Below, one piece after another: positions 1 to 8,943 of a stretch of 64,000 nucleotides of DNA. The notes under the pieces are model-generated. The model searched no databases. It saw only the letters and a list, made by a program, of their open reading frames with translations, and was not told the DNA's origin. The stretch is from an uncultured Erysipelotrichaceae bacterium (GTDB taxonomy: Bacteria > Bacillota_I > Bacilli_A > Erysipelotrichales > Erysipelotrichaceae), in NCBI GenBank assembly GCA_949744505.1, contig CATJXY010000018.1, positions 1,165-65,164 on the forward strand, read 5' to 3'. Numbering within the stretch: the first letter of the stretch is position 1; each line of letters begins with the position of its first letter. The translations under genes were made by a program, and so were the position numbers.

Positions 1-209
1 CGATTACGATTGAAAAAAGTGAAATTCTCACACCGAAGGAAAATATAAAAGGCCATAATGATCATCGAATTGTTATGAGTTGTGCAATTTGTGCGACAAA
101 ATCAAATGATTCTGTTACAATAGAAGAGGCACAGGCTGTTTCAAAATCTTATCCAAAATTTTGGGATGATTTAAAAAGTTTGAATGTTCCTATTGAGGAG
201 TACTTATGA
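1..209 (+). CDS. aroA: 3-phosphoshikimate 1-carboxyvinyltransferase (EPSP synthase), C-terminal fragment; 5' end lies outside the window
   Basis: Frame 3 reads ...KGHNDHRIVMSCAICATKS...AVSKSYPKFWDDLKSLNVPIEEYL*, which matches the conserved EPSPS C-terminus. The TGA overlaps the tyrA ATG (ATGA). The gene sits in an aro/tyr operon context. Confidence 0.75.
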   Translation, partial: ITIEKSEILTPKENIKGHNDHRIVMSCAICATKSNDSVTIEEAQAVSKSYPKFWDDLKSLNVPIEEYL

Positions 210-1060
210 TTACAAAAGATACAAATTTTCTTATCGTAGGATTAGGATTGATTGGCGGAAGTTATGCTAAAGCTTTGAAAAATGCCGGATATTCTGTTTC
301 TGCATTAGATATCAATGAAGAATCTATTCAGTATGCTTTAGAAAATAAAATTATAGATAAGGGAGATATTTCTGAAAAACGATTGATTCAAGAAGCTGAT
401 TTTATTTTTATCTGTTTATATCCAACACTTTTAAAATCGTGGATCGAAGAAAATCAACAATATTTTAAATCCGGGATTACAATCAGTGATGTTTGTGGTG
501 TAAAAGGAAAAATAGTGGATGCTACACAGGAGATATTGCGAAAGGATGTAGAGTTTATTGCCTCTCATCCGATGGCTGGAAAAGAGGTAAGTGGGGTAAA
601 GTACGCAGATCCAACGATATTTGAGAAAGCAAACTTTATAATTACACCCACGGATAAAAATACATTAGAAAGGATAGAAATGATGAAAGAATTGGCAAAA
701 ATCTTAGGTTTTACCAATATTTCAGTTTTATCTGTACAAAAGCATGATGAAATGATTGGTTTTGTTTCGCAACTTACCCATGTCATTGCGGTAACATTAA
801 TGAATACCAATGATAATACACATCTGGTTGATTATACGGGTGATAGTTTTAGGGATTTAACAAGAATTGCTAAAATCAATGAGAACTTATGGAGTGAATT
901 ATTTATTTCAAATAAAGAGAATCTAGTAAAAGAAATACAAGATTTTCAAAGAGAATTAGAGTATTTTGAAAGAATTTTGCAAAATGAAAATGTAGAAGAA
1001 ATGAAGCGATTATTCATTCAGTCAACAGAAAGAAGAAAGTTGTTTGATAAGAGGAAATAA
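206..1060 (+). CDS. tyrA: prephenate dehydrogenase
   Basis: N-terminal Rossmann motif VGLGLIGGS, the HPMAG motif, and a length of 284 aa. It is flanked by aroA and aroQ. Confidence 0.85.
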   Translation: MITKDTNFLIVGLGLIGGSYAKALKNAGYSVSALDINEESIQYALENKIIDKGDISEKRLIQEADFIFICLYPTLLKSWIEENQQYFKSGITISDVCGVKGKIVDATQEILRKDVEFIASHPMAGKEVSGVKYADPTIFEKANFIITPTDKNTLERIEMMKELAKILGFTNISVLSVQKHDEMIGFVSQLTHVIAVTLMNTNDNTHLVDYTGDSFRDLTRIAKINENLWSELFISNKENLVKEIQDFQRELEYFERILQNENVEEMKRLFIQSTERRKLFDKRK

Positions 1061-1062
1061 AA

Positions 1063-1500
1063 ATGAAAATTATGATTGTTAATGGTCCCAATATTAATAT
1101 GACCGGAATAAGAGAAAAAGGGGTTTACGGTAAAAGAACTTATGATGAAATCAAAGAAATGATCAAAGAAGAAGCTTGTAAAAGGAATGTGGAAGTTGAA
1201 GTATTGCAAAGTAATCATGAAGGGGAAATCATTGATTTTATTCAACGGGCTTATTTTGAACAATTTGATGGAATCATTATTAATCCCGGTGCTTATACAC
1301 ATACTTCTTATGCTATTCATGATGCAATAAAGTCGGTTGAATGTATCCCTACAATTGAAGTTCATCTTTCAAATGTCCATGCACGAGAAGAATTTAGACG
1401 TATTTCTAAAACTGCTCCGGCATGTGTTGCTCAAATGTGTGGTTTAGGGGAATTTGGATATGTTTTGGCAATGGATGCTTTAATTCAGATGAAAAAATAA
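1063..1500 (+). CDS. aroQ: type II 3-dehydroquinate dehydratase
   Basis: MKIMIVNGPNINMTGIRE...NPGAYTHTSYAIHDA...EVHLSNVHAREEFR are hallmark type II DHQase motifs. Length is 145 aa. Confidence 0.92.
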   Translation: MKIMIVNGPNINMTGIREKGVYGKRTYDEIKEMIKEEACKRNVEVEVLQSNHEGEIIDFIQRAYFEQFDGIIINPGAYTHTSYAIHDAIKSVECIPTIEVHLSNVHAREEFRRISKTAPACVAQMCGLGEFGYVLAMDALIQMKK

Positions 1501-1551
1501 TGATTAGTGCAGTCTTATATAGATTGCATTTTCTTATTGGAGGGAAAAGTT

Positions 1552-2031
1552 ATGATAAAAGAAAATAAAACCAATGCAATGAGAACTTTAGATGCAAAAA
1601 AGATTACATATCGTATACATTATTATGATTGTGATGAATTTCTGGATGGAATCCAAGTTGCAAAACGTTGTAATTTAGATGAGAACAGAGTATTTAAAAC
1701 GATTGTAACACTTTCTTTAAAAAAGAAAATTTATGTATTTGTTTTACCTGTAAATAAAGAAATAGATTTAAAATTAGCAGCAAAGTATGTGCATGAAAAA
1801 TCAATTGAGTTACTTCCTTTAAAGGATTTGCTTAATACGACAGGATATGTAAGAGGGGGATGCAGTCCGATTGGAATGAAGAAAAATTATGATGTTATCA
1901 TCGATCAAACTGCCTTAAATTTTGAAACAATCATTTTTAGCGCAGGGAGAATTGGGGCACAAATTGAAATGGATCCGAGATTACTGTACACAGTATGTAA
2001 CTGTAGTTTTGAAGAACTAACAAAAGGTTAA
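1552..2031 (+). CDS. ybaK: Cys-tRNA(Pro)/Cys-tRNA(Cys) deacylase, YbaK/EbsC family
   Basis: NAMRTLDAKKITY...VFKT...GGCSPIG is a YbaK-type pattern. I chose the ATG at 1552, which follows GGAGGGA, over the GTG at 1507. Confidence 0.75.
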   Translation: MIKENKTNAMRTLDAKKITYRIHYYDCDEFLDGIQVAKRCNLDENRVFKTIVTLSLKKKIYVFVLPVNKEIDLKLAAKYVHEKSIELLPLKDLLNTTGYVRGGCSPIGMKKNYDVIIDQTALNFETIIFSAGRIGAQIEMDPRLLYTVCNCSFEELTKG

Positions 2032-2100
2032 TTCTTTAGGAGCATGTCCAAAGTTAGTTTTCTTTTTTTCATAAAATGGTCATGAGAAAGGAGATTAACT

Positions 2101-2484
2101 ATGAATTACAGAAATGAAATTTTATCTGGTGAAGATCAGGAAAGAGAGAACTTACGGGCGATTACAGAAGTAAATCATGTTCATGAGATTACCGGTTCTG
2201 TCGCATCTGCAACTTCTGCTGGAATACGAAATCACTCACATCGCTTTGCAACTATGACATCCAGACCAATCAAGACGAGAAATGGAAACCATGTTCATGC
2301 GGTTCGCTTTTGGACAGATAGTTATGATGGACATTTACACGAATTTAGAGGGATGACGACGGAAGCAGACGAAACCGGTTCTCATCACATTCATTATTTG
2401 ACTGGACTGACATCTATTAATGATGGACATCGACATGAATTTAAAGCGGCTACACTGATTGATAATCCGACCGGAACAAAATAA
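2101..2484 (+). CDS. YmaF family protein (His-rich repeat protein)
   Basis: Six spaced HxH-type repeats (HVHEITG, HSHRF, HVHAVRF, HLHEFRG, HIHYLTG, HRHEFK), as in Bacillus YmaF. A good SD (AAAGGAGA) lies upstream. Confidence 0.7.
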   Translation: MNYRNEILSGEDQERENLRAITEVNHVHEITGSVASATSAGIRNHSHRFATMTSRPIKTRNGNHVHAVRFWTDSYDGHLHEFRGMTTEADETGSHHIHYLTGLTSINDGHRHEFKAATLIDNPTGTK

Positions 2485-2506
2485 AAGGACGAATATTCGT
2501 CCTTTT
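2483..2506. terminator. bidirectional intrinsic terminator between convergent genes
   Basis: Perfect 24-nt palindrome AAAAGGACGAATATTCGTCCTTTT with an A/T run on either side. Confidence 0.8.
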
Positions 2507-2508
2507 AC

Positions 2509-2955
2509 TTAGTTTAATTTTAAAGAAGTAAGTTCTGCATAAAGATGTTTATAATCTTTTTCCAATTCATTTACAGCATTTAATAAGGTCTCTTCTAAAT
2601 AATCGTGTTTTTCTTTGAATGTTTGGCATGCATTAATTCCCATACCAAGTGCTCTAACACATTCGTCTAATATTTTTTTGTCATCATCGGCCATGATAGC
2701 TTTCATTTTTTCAAAGAAACTTCCTACTGCAGCCATCATAGGAATAGAGTCCGTTGCATCAGCATTTCGCTCATTAATTCTTTGTGTCAATTCAATTTCA
2801 TGTTTTTTAAATACATCGAGTGAGTCAATTAAAATTTGCTTTAGCATTGGATCTTTTGTCGATGCGAGATATTGTTGAAAAACATCTGCTCCCATATGAC
2901 ATCCTTGTAATAATTCGTTTAAATCTTGGCATATTGTTTCTGTTGTTGGTTCCAT
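2509..2955 (-). CDS. hypothetical all-helical protein (possibly ferritin-like/DUF2383-type four-helix bundle)
   Basis: 148-aa ORF with an SD (GAGGTGAAAAT) before the ATG. The sequence is helical and charged. The family assignment is only from memory of similar small helical-bundle proteins. Confidence 0.55.
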   Translation of the reverse strand: MEPTTETICQDLNELLQGCHMGADVFQQYLASTKDPMLKQILIDSLDVFKKHEIELTQRINERNADATDSIPMMAAVGSFFEKMKAIMADDDKKILDECVRALGMGINACQTFKEKHDYLEETLLNAVNELEKDYKHLYAELTSLKLN

Positions 2956-3036
2956 ATTTTCACCTCATTTTTAGTGTGTGCATGTAAGAGTATTCTATGC
3001 TATAATAAAAAGAGAAAAAAGGAATTAGAATAAATT

Positions 3037-3438
3037 ATGATAAAAGAATTAATAAATCGGTATAAAGAAGCAATCAGTTATTTGTTTTTTGGAGTTTTAA
3101 CTACTATTGTCAATCTTATTTCTTATAAATTTTTTACAATATTACAGGTGGATTTGTATGTTAGTGTTGTCCTTGCTTGGATTTTATCTGTTGTCTTTGC
3201 ATTTATTACCAATAAATTGTTTGTATTTGAATCCAAGTCATGGGAAATGGCTATTTTAGGAAAGGAACTGGTTTTATTTTTATCAGCACGTATCTTGTCT
3301 TTAGGAATTGATCTTGTTGCAATGGGGGTAATGGTAAATATAATTCATATCCAAGATATGATTGCTAAATTGGTTGCCAATGTCATTGTTGTTATTGTAA
3401 ATTATATTTTCAGTAAATTTTTGATTTTTAAGAAATAA
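3037..3438 (+). CDS. GtrA family membrane protein
   Basis: 133 aa with four hydrophobic segments. The pattern YLFFGVLTTIVNL...NYIFSKFLIFKK is typical of GtrA-like proteins. Confidence 0.75.
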   Translation: MIKELINRYKEAISYLFFGVLTTIVNLISYKFFTILQVDLYVSVVLAWILSVVFAFITNKLFVFESKSWEMAILGKELVLFLSARILSLGIDLVAMGVMVNIIHIQDMIAKLVANVIVVIVNYIFSKFLIFKK

Positions 3439-3482
3439 AGTATTTATAAAAAGTTTTATTATTCATCATGAAAAAGGTTATA

Positions 3483-3515
3483 AAAAAAGGAGTAAATCGA
3501 AACTCCTATTTTTTA
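3483..3515. terminator. bidirectional intrinsic terminator (gtrA-like / apbE)
   Basis: Stem AGGAGT/ACTCCT flanked by an A-run and a T-run. Confidence 0.6.
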
Positions 3516-3516
3516 T

Positions 3517-4623
3517 TTATTTTGATCTAATTACATAAAATCCTTTAAGAATTTCACCCTCTAAATCAGGGTGGTTGTTTTCATCGTACACCCATAAAGC
3601 ACTGATTGGATCATGAGTCTTGTTATATTCTGCAATAAATTCTAAACCTTTTTCTGCCCCCATGATCATAAGCGCAGTAGATAAGATATCACCAACTCCG
3701 CCATCATTGCAAGTAATCGCAACAGAACGAACATCTTTAGCAGGATAATAAGTAGTCGGATCGATAATATGATGATAAATTTCTTGATCTTCTCCTACAT
3801 AATAGCGCTGATAATCTCCGCTTGTTACAATGGTAGATGTGTTAAATGTTTCAAGTATGGTAATTCCGTTTTGATCGCTGGCATCTTCCGGATTTCTGAC
3901 ACCGACTTTCCATGAAGAACCATCAGGCTTACTATGAATAAGCTGAATGTTACTTTCGCCAACGCTAAGTAAAATGGCATAAGGGTAGATTTCCTCTAAA
4001 TAGTCACTGATTTTTTGAGCAGCGAAACCTTTTGCGATACCCCCTACATCAATTGAGATGTTTGGATCGTCAATATAAACAGTCGATGCCTTTTCATCGA
4101 TAATAATATGCTCAAAGCCACGATACTGTGCGGCATTTTCAAGTTCTTCTTGGGTTGGTACTGCTCCTAATTGACCCCCATAATTTTTTAGTAAGCCTTC
4201 TTCTCGATATTCGTGCCAAATATTTAGTAGATTACCGATTGTAATGTCAAATGAGCCATCACTCATTTCTGAATATTCTTTTGCTAATAACAATAATTCG
4301 ATTAATTCTTGATCTACTTCAACAGGATTTATTCCGGCATTGTCATTAATTGTTTTAACATTATTTATATTTTCATAATTGTTATATTTATCAAATAAAA
4401 TTGTATAGTATTTCATTTTTTCACATACTTTTTCAAATAACTCATCTGCCTGACTTTTATCTTCTGCATAAGTTTGCATGACAACCGCTGTATCAAAATA
4501 CTCAGACCCATAAGTTTGATTTGTATATCGAGTCAAGTCTTTTGGTTGATCTAAAGAGGATGGGGGATTTATGGTACATCCTCCACACATAACACATAAT
4601 AAAAATATGATTAACTTTTTCAT
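3517..4623 (-). CDS. apbE: FAD:protein FMN transferase (ApbE/Ftp), lipoprotein
   Basis: Lipobox LLCVMCGGC after MKKLIIF, and an ApbE-type core (DVGGIAKGFAA, TSGDYQRYY). It is divergent from the rnf operon, whose subunits need covalent FMN. Confidence 0.85.
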   Translation of the reverse strand: MKKLIIFLLCVMCGGCTINPPSSLDQPKDLTRYTNQTYGSEYFDTAVVMQTYAEDKSQADELFEKVCEKMKYYTILFDKYNNYENINNVKTINDNAGINPVEVDQELIELLLLAKEYSEMSDGSFDITIGNLLNIWHEYREEGLLKNYGGQLGAVPTQEELENAAQYRGFEHIIIDEKASTVYIDDPNISIDVGGIAKGFAAQKISDYLEEIYPYAILLSVGESNIQLIHSKPDGSSWKVGVRNPEDASDQNGITILETFNTSTIVTSGDYQRYYVGEDQEIYHHIIDPTTYYPAKDVRSVAITCNDGGVGDILSTALMIMGAEKGLEFIAEYNKTHDPISALWVYDENNHPDLEGEILKGFYVIRSK

Positions 4624-4752
4624 AAGGGGAACTTTCCTTTCTTTGTTAAATTCTTCATGATCACAAAATGAATCTTATTCATTATAGCATGAACCTAATG
4701 AAAAGAGATATAAATCATTTATTAAGTTGTTTTTTTCACAAATTATTTTTTG

Positions 4753-4781
4753 TTGGAATGTGAGATAAAGCATGTTATAAT
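4753..4781 (+). promoter_or_regulatory. candidate sigma-A promoter of the rnf operon
   Basis: TTGGAA (4753-4758), a 17-bp spacer, and an extended -10 TGtTATAAT (4773-4781). Confidence 0.5.
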
Positions 4782-4886
4782 TACAACGTATTGTGAATAA
4801 TTGCCCAAATTTCAAGAAAAAGTGGCTATTATTCAGTTTTTATGCGTTATCAAGCATAGGGAAAATCAGAAAGGAAAGGGTAAATT

Positions 4887-6179
4887 ATGTCATTATTAAC
4901 AGGACCGATGCGCAAGCATGTTAACGGTCATAAAGAATTGACAGATCATGTCGATGTTAAAAAAATCGATGCCGGAAATTTGGTTTATATTCCTTTGGTA
5001 AATGGTAATGCGGTTGCAGGTGAAGTACTTGTCAACGAAGGCGATAAAGTTAAAGTAGGTACTGTTGTTGCCAGACGTAAGGATAATTTTATTGTTCCTT
5101 TATTTTCATCTGTTTCCGGTACTGTTAAGGGAAAAGAAACTTTCATGCATGCTGGATTAAAGCCGGTAGAGCATTTGGTTATCGAAAACGATGGTTTATA
5201 TGAAACGGAGCAAGCTTTTGAACCGATTGATTATACAACCGCAACAAGAGAAGAATTATGCGATTATATGATGAATGCTGGAATTGTAGGTTGTGGTGGA
5301 GCCGGATTCCCGAGCTATGTAAAGTATAAATTTGCTAAAGATGTTAAACTCTTGATTATCAATGCAGTAGAGTGTGAACCGTATATTACTGCTGATTACA
5401 AGTATGTTTCAGAGTACAAAGAAGATATGCTTCGTGGTGTTAAGGCAATGTTGAAGATGTGTGAAGCACCGGAGGCCGTTATTTGTATTAAAGAAACAAA
5501 AAAGGCATTCATTGAAGAAATGAATCAGTTCTTAAAAGATGAAAAAAATGTTAATGTCAAAGAAGTTCCGGATGTTTATCCAATGGGATGGGAAAGAACA
5601 TTGGTTTATGAAGTTACAAAGAAAAGATATGACCGTCTTCCGGGAGAAGTAGGTGTTGTTGTAAATAATGCAACAACAGCAATTGCTTTTGGTCAAGCAC
5701 TTGTAACAGGTAGAGGAATCACAGAAAAGTTTGTCACAGTTTCCGGTGATGCTATTAAGGAACCATGTACTGTTCGTGTTCCGGTAGGTGTAAGAACTTG
5801 TGATATTATTGCTGCATGCGGAGGATATACAAAAGAAGATGTTCTTTTGATTGCCGGAGGACCGATGATGGGAAGAACTATTCCTAATGATCAGTTTGTT
5901 ATCACTCCGTACAGTAATGCATTGACAGTTTTGGAAAATGTCCCGGTAAAAGAAGTTGCTTGTCTTCGCTGTGGACGTTGTTCAGATCACTGTCCGGCAG
6001 GATTACAACCGGTTCGTATTAACAATGCTGAAAAAGCAAAGAATATGGAATTGATTGAAAAATTGAACGTTATGGATTGTATTGAATGTGGTATGTGTAC
6101 ATATATTTGTCCTTCAAAGATTGCCGTAACGGAAGGTGTAAGAAGAGCAAAACGTGCTATGGCTCTTAAAAAGAAATAG
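4887..6179 (+). CDS. rnfC: Rnf electron transport complex subunit C
   Basis: GCGGAGFPS nucleotide-binding motif and two 4Fe-4S motifs (CLRCGRCSDHCP, CIECGMCTYICP). It is the first gene of an rnfCDGEAB-order cluster. Confidence 0.92.
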   Translation: MSLLTGPMRKHVNGHKELTDHVDVKKIDAGNLVYIPLVNGNAVAGEVLVNEGDKVKVGTVVARRKDNFIVPLFSSVSGTVKGKETFMHAGLKPVEHLVIENDGLYETEQAFEPIDYTTATREELCDYMMNAGIVGCGGAGFPSYVKYKFAKDVKLLIINAVECEPYITADYKYVSEYKEDMLRGVKAMLKMCEAPEAVICIKETKKAFIEEMNQFLKDEKNVNVKEVPDVYPMGWERTLVYEVTKKRYDRLPGEVGVVVNNATTAIAFGQALVTGRGITEKFVTVSGDAIKEPCTVRVPVGVRTCDIIAACGGYTKEDVLLIAGGPMMGRTIPNDQFVITPYSNALTVLENVPVKEVACLRCGRCSDHCPAGLQPVRINNAEKAKNMELIEKLNVMDCIECGMCTYICPSKIAVTEGVRRAKRAMALKKK

Positions 6180-6196
6180 GAAAGGGGAGAATTGAG

Positions 6197-7630
6197 ATGA
6201 AATTTACTTTTAAACCATCCCCAAACTATCGTAATGAGCAAAGTACAAGCTCTATTATGATGGAATTAACGATTGGGTTGTTAGTTATCTTTGCAGCAGG
6301 TTGTTTGATTAATTTGAAAATTAACGGAACAACTGCGTTGCTTCATTGTATTTTTGCTTTATTGGTTTGTCTTATTGCAACAGTAGGAACAGAAATTATT
6401 TGGTGTGTTGTATTAAAAAAAGACGTTGTAGAGCATTTATTTAGTTCATATCCATGGGTGACCGGAATTATTATTGCTTTGACAGTTCGTCCGAATGTAA
6501 GCTATTTTGCTTTAGCAGTTGCTTCTGTAATGGCAATTTATTTCGGTAAATTGGTTTTTGGTGGATTTGGACAAAATATTTTTAATCCTGCTGGCGTAGG
6601 TCGTGCAATTATTGCAATCAGTTTCGGTTCAGCGGTTGTCGCAGATGTCGTTTCTGGAGCAACTCCAACATCAACAATTTCAAGTTATGGATGGTTGATG
6701 AATGGTGCTAATGCTTCTGCATTCTTAAATGATTTCGGTGGTTTAACAAATATGGCACTTGGTTTATATCAAGGTGCTATTGGTGAAACATGTTCTGTTT
6801 TGCTTATTGTTGTTGGAATCGTTTTGGCATGGCGTAAGGTTATTGATTGGAAAGTTCCTACAATTTATGTATCTACAGTTTTTGTTCTTTCTTTGTTAGT
6901 AGGTTTGATGAATGGACAAGGATTGTGGTATCCGTTGTTTAGTGTTTTGACAGGTGGTGTTTTATTCGGGGCTGTCTTTATGTTGACTGATCCGGTTACA
7001 AATCCAACCAGTTCTTCAGGACGTGTCATTTTTGCGATGGGAGCAGGTTTATTAACCGTTCTTATTCGTGTAAAGGCAAGTTTGCCTGAGGGTGTATTAT
7101 TCTCAATTCTGTTGATGAATATGTTGACACCGGCTATCGAAAAATGGTGTGATGGAAATCAGATCAAAAATATTAAAAAGCTTCAAAGAAACGTAGTTAT
7201 TACAGCAATTATTTGTTTGGTTGTGGGAGCAATTGCCGGATTCTCTATGAAAGCATCTGATGCAAATTATGTAAATGTCAATACAAAGATTATTGTTGAT
7301 GCAAGCTATGGTGAAAATGCGTTGGCAAATGTAGATACATCTAACGTCAAGGTAATCAGCGAAGAAAATGGAACTTTCACTCTTGCAAGCAAGGGATTTG
7401 ATGGTGAAAATGAATTTAAGATTACTGTAGAAAATGGTGCAATTACAAGTTTTGAAGTAACAGCATTCAATGATACTCCGGGTATCGGTGATGCCATTAC
7501 ACAAGAAAGTTTTACAAGTAAGTTCAATGGGGCAACATTAGGATCTGAAATTGATGTTTGTGCCGGAGCAACGTATTCAAGTAATTCAGCTTTAGCTGCC
7601 GCAAGTGCTGCTTTAGCATCAGGTAACTAG
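6197..7630 (+). CDS. rnfD: Rnf subunit D fused to an extra TM helix and a C-terminal FMN-binding (RnfG-like) domain
   Basis: The NqrB/RnfD core carries the flavinylation motif SGATPTS (6653-6673). After ...LTPAIEKW comes the TM helix NVVITAIICLVVGAIAGF, then a roughly 115-aa module ending DVCAGATYSS (7553-7582). Total length is 477 aa. Confidence 0.88.
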   Translation: MKFTFKPSPNYRNEQSTSSIMMELTIGLLVIFAAGCLINLKINGTTALLHCIFALLVCLIATVGTEIIWCVVLKKDVVEHLFSSYPWVTGIIIALTVRPNVSYFALAVASVMAIYFGKLVFGGFGQNIFNPAGVGRAIIAISFGSAVVADVVSGATPTSTISSYGWLMNGANASAFLNDFGGLTNMALGLYQGAIGETCSVLLIVVGIVLAWRKVIDWKVPTIYVSTVFVLSLLVGLMNGQGLWYPLFSVLTGGVLFGAVFMLTDPVTNPTSSSGRVIFAMGAGLLTVLIRVKASLPEGVLFSILLMNMLTPAIEKWCDGNQIKNIKKLQRNVVITAIICLVVGAIAGFSMKASDANYVNVNTKIIVDASYGENALANVDTSNVKVISEENGTFTLASKGFDGENEFKITVENGAITSFEVTAFNDTPGIGDAITQESFTSKFNGATLGSEIDVCAGATYSSNSALAAASAALASGN

Positions 7631-7640
7631 GAGGAAAGAT

Positions 7641-8930
7641 ATGAATAAAATAGTTAAATTAGCAATTTTCCTCGGTATAGTTTCTGCAATTGCCGGTGGA
7701 GCTTTGGCAGCTGTTAATAATGTGACAGCTCCAATTATTGAAAAGAAAAAAGCTGCTGCAAGTCAGGGTGCTTTATTGGAAATCTTCCCAGATGCAACTT
7801 TTACAGAAGTTGAATTTAAGGATGAATCAGGGATCATTTTAGCTGTTCATCGTGCTGAGAATAAAGGGTATATATTCGAAATGAAGAATGCCGGATATAA
7901 TACCGGATCGCCACTTGAATTTATGCTTGGTATTGATGACAATGGCAATTATGTCGGTTATAAAGTTATTGTAAATGAAGAGACAAATGGGTTAGGATCA
8001 CGAGTTTCTGATGATGAATTTAAAAATACAATTGTTGGAAAAACAATTGATGATGAAATTGATACATTGTCAGGCGCTACATTATCAAGTCGCGCAATTA
8101 TAAACGGAATCAATGCTGCTAAAACAGTTTACGGTGATTTGGCAGGGGTTGAAGTAGAAGTGAAAGAACCAGAAGTAAAAGTAGCTCAGATTAGTTTATC
8201 TGAGGATTATTCAAGTAACAATGCTGTTGTTGAAAATTCAGAAGAAGTGGATGGAAATACAGTTTATACTGTTTCAGCAAAAGGATTTGAAGGTGTGAAT
8301 GTATTTGAAATCACAGTAAATGGTAATGGTGAAATTGTAAAAGTTGCCAATATAGAATTTAAGGATACTGTTGGAGTAGGTGATATTGCTATTGCTGAAG
8401 ATTACCTTGCTTCGTTTAACAATGCAACATTGGATTCTACATTGGATGCATGTGCAGGTGCTACTTATACAAGTAAATCCATAGCGGCTGCCGTTCAAGC
8501 TGTTTTAAGTGGTAATGGTGAAAGTGAACCTTTAGATGAAGAAGAAAATTCAAGTGAAGAGTCTTCTGAAGAGGAAACGCCAGTAGCAAATGAGGGGCCT
8601 AAGTTTGTTATTAATGATGACTATTCAGGTTGCAATGCAACGGTTGAAGGGTCTGAACAAACAGAAAATGGAACAGTTTACACAGTTTCTTCTTATGGAT
8701 TCCATGGAACAAGTATTTTCGAAGTAACTGTAAATGAAAATAAAGAAATTGTCAGTGTTGTTTGTACTGAATTCAATGATACAGAGGGTATTGGTGATTC
8801 TGCTACAACAGAAGATTATCTTGCTAAGTATGTAGGAGCTACAATGGAATCTTCTATTGATGTAAGCGCCGGAGCTACTTACACAGGTAAATCCGTAGCT
8901 GCTGCAGTACAGGCTGCATTGGAACAGTAG
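7641..8930 (+). CDS. rnfG: Rnf subunit G with three FMN-binding modules
   Basis: N-terminal TM anchor, a canonical RnfG domain with DTLSGATLSS (8061-8090), and two further modules with DACAGATYTS (8445-8474) and DVSAGATYTG (8859-8888). The last two modules are separated by an acidic Ser/Glu linker. Confidence 0.88.
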   Translation: MNKIVKLAIFLGIVSAIAGGALAAVNNVTAPIIEKKKAAASQGALLEIFPDATFTEVEFKDESGIILAVHRAENKGYIFEMKNAGYNTGSPLEFMLGIDDNGNYVGYKVIVNEETNGLGSRVSDDEFKNTIVGKTIDDEIDTLSGATLSSRAIINGINAAKTVYGDLAGVEVEVKEPEVKVAQISLSEDYSSNNAVVENSEEVDGNTVYTVSAKGFEGVNVFEITVNGNGEIVKVANIEFKDTVGVGDIAIAEDYLASFNNATLDSTLDACAGATYTSKSIAAAVQAVLSGNGESEPLDEEENSSEESSEEETPVANEGPKFVINDDYSGCNATVEGSEQTENGTVYTVSSYGFHGTSIFEVTVNENKEIVSVVCTEFNDTEGIGDSATTEDYLAKYVGATMESSIDVSAGATYTGKSVAAAVQAALEQ

Positions 8931-8943
8931 GAGGAATCTGAAG

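Noticed and set aside
1507-1551. N-terminal extensions proposed by the ORF track. The affected starts are 1507, 10141, 13377, 16761, 23047, 26220, 29248, 32447, 38847, 41075, 45069, 45652, 46265, 46840, 47399, 51510, 52038, 52688, 55752 and 58286.
   Set aside because: In each case an internal ATG or GTG preceded by a good Shine-Dalgarno sequence gives the conserved family N-terminus or a signal peptide. The extension would overlap the upstream gene, a terminator or a promoter.
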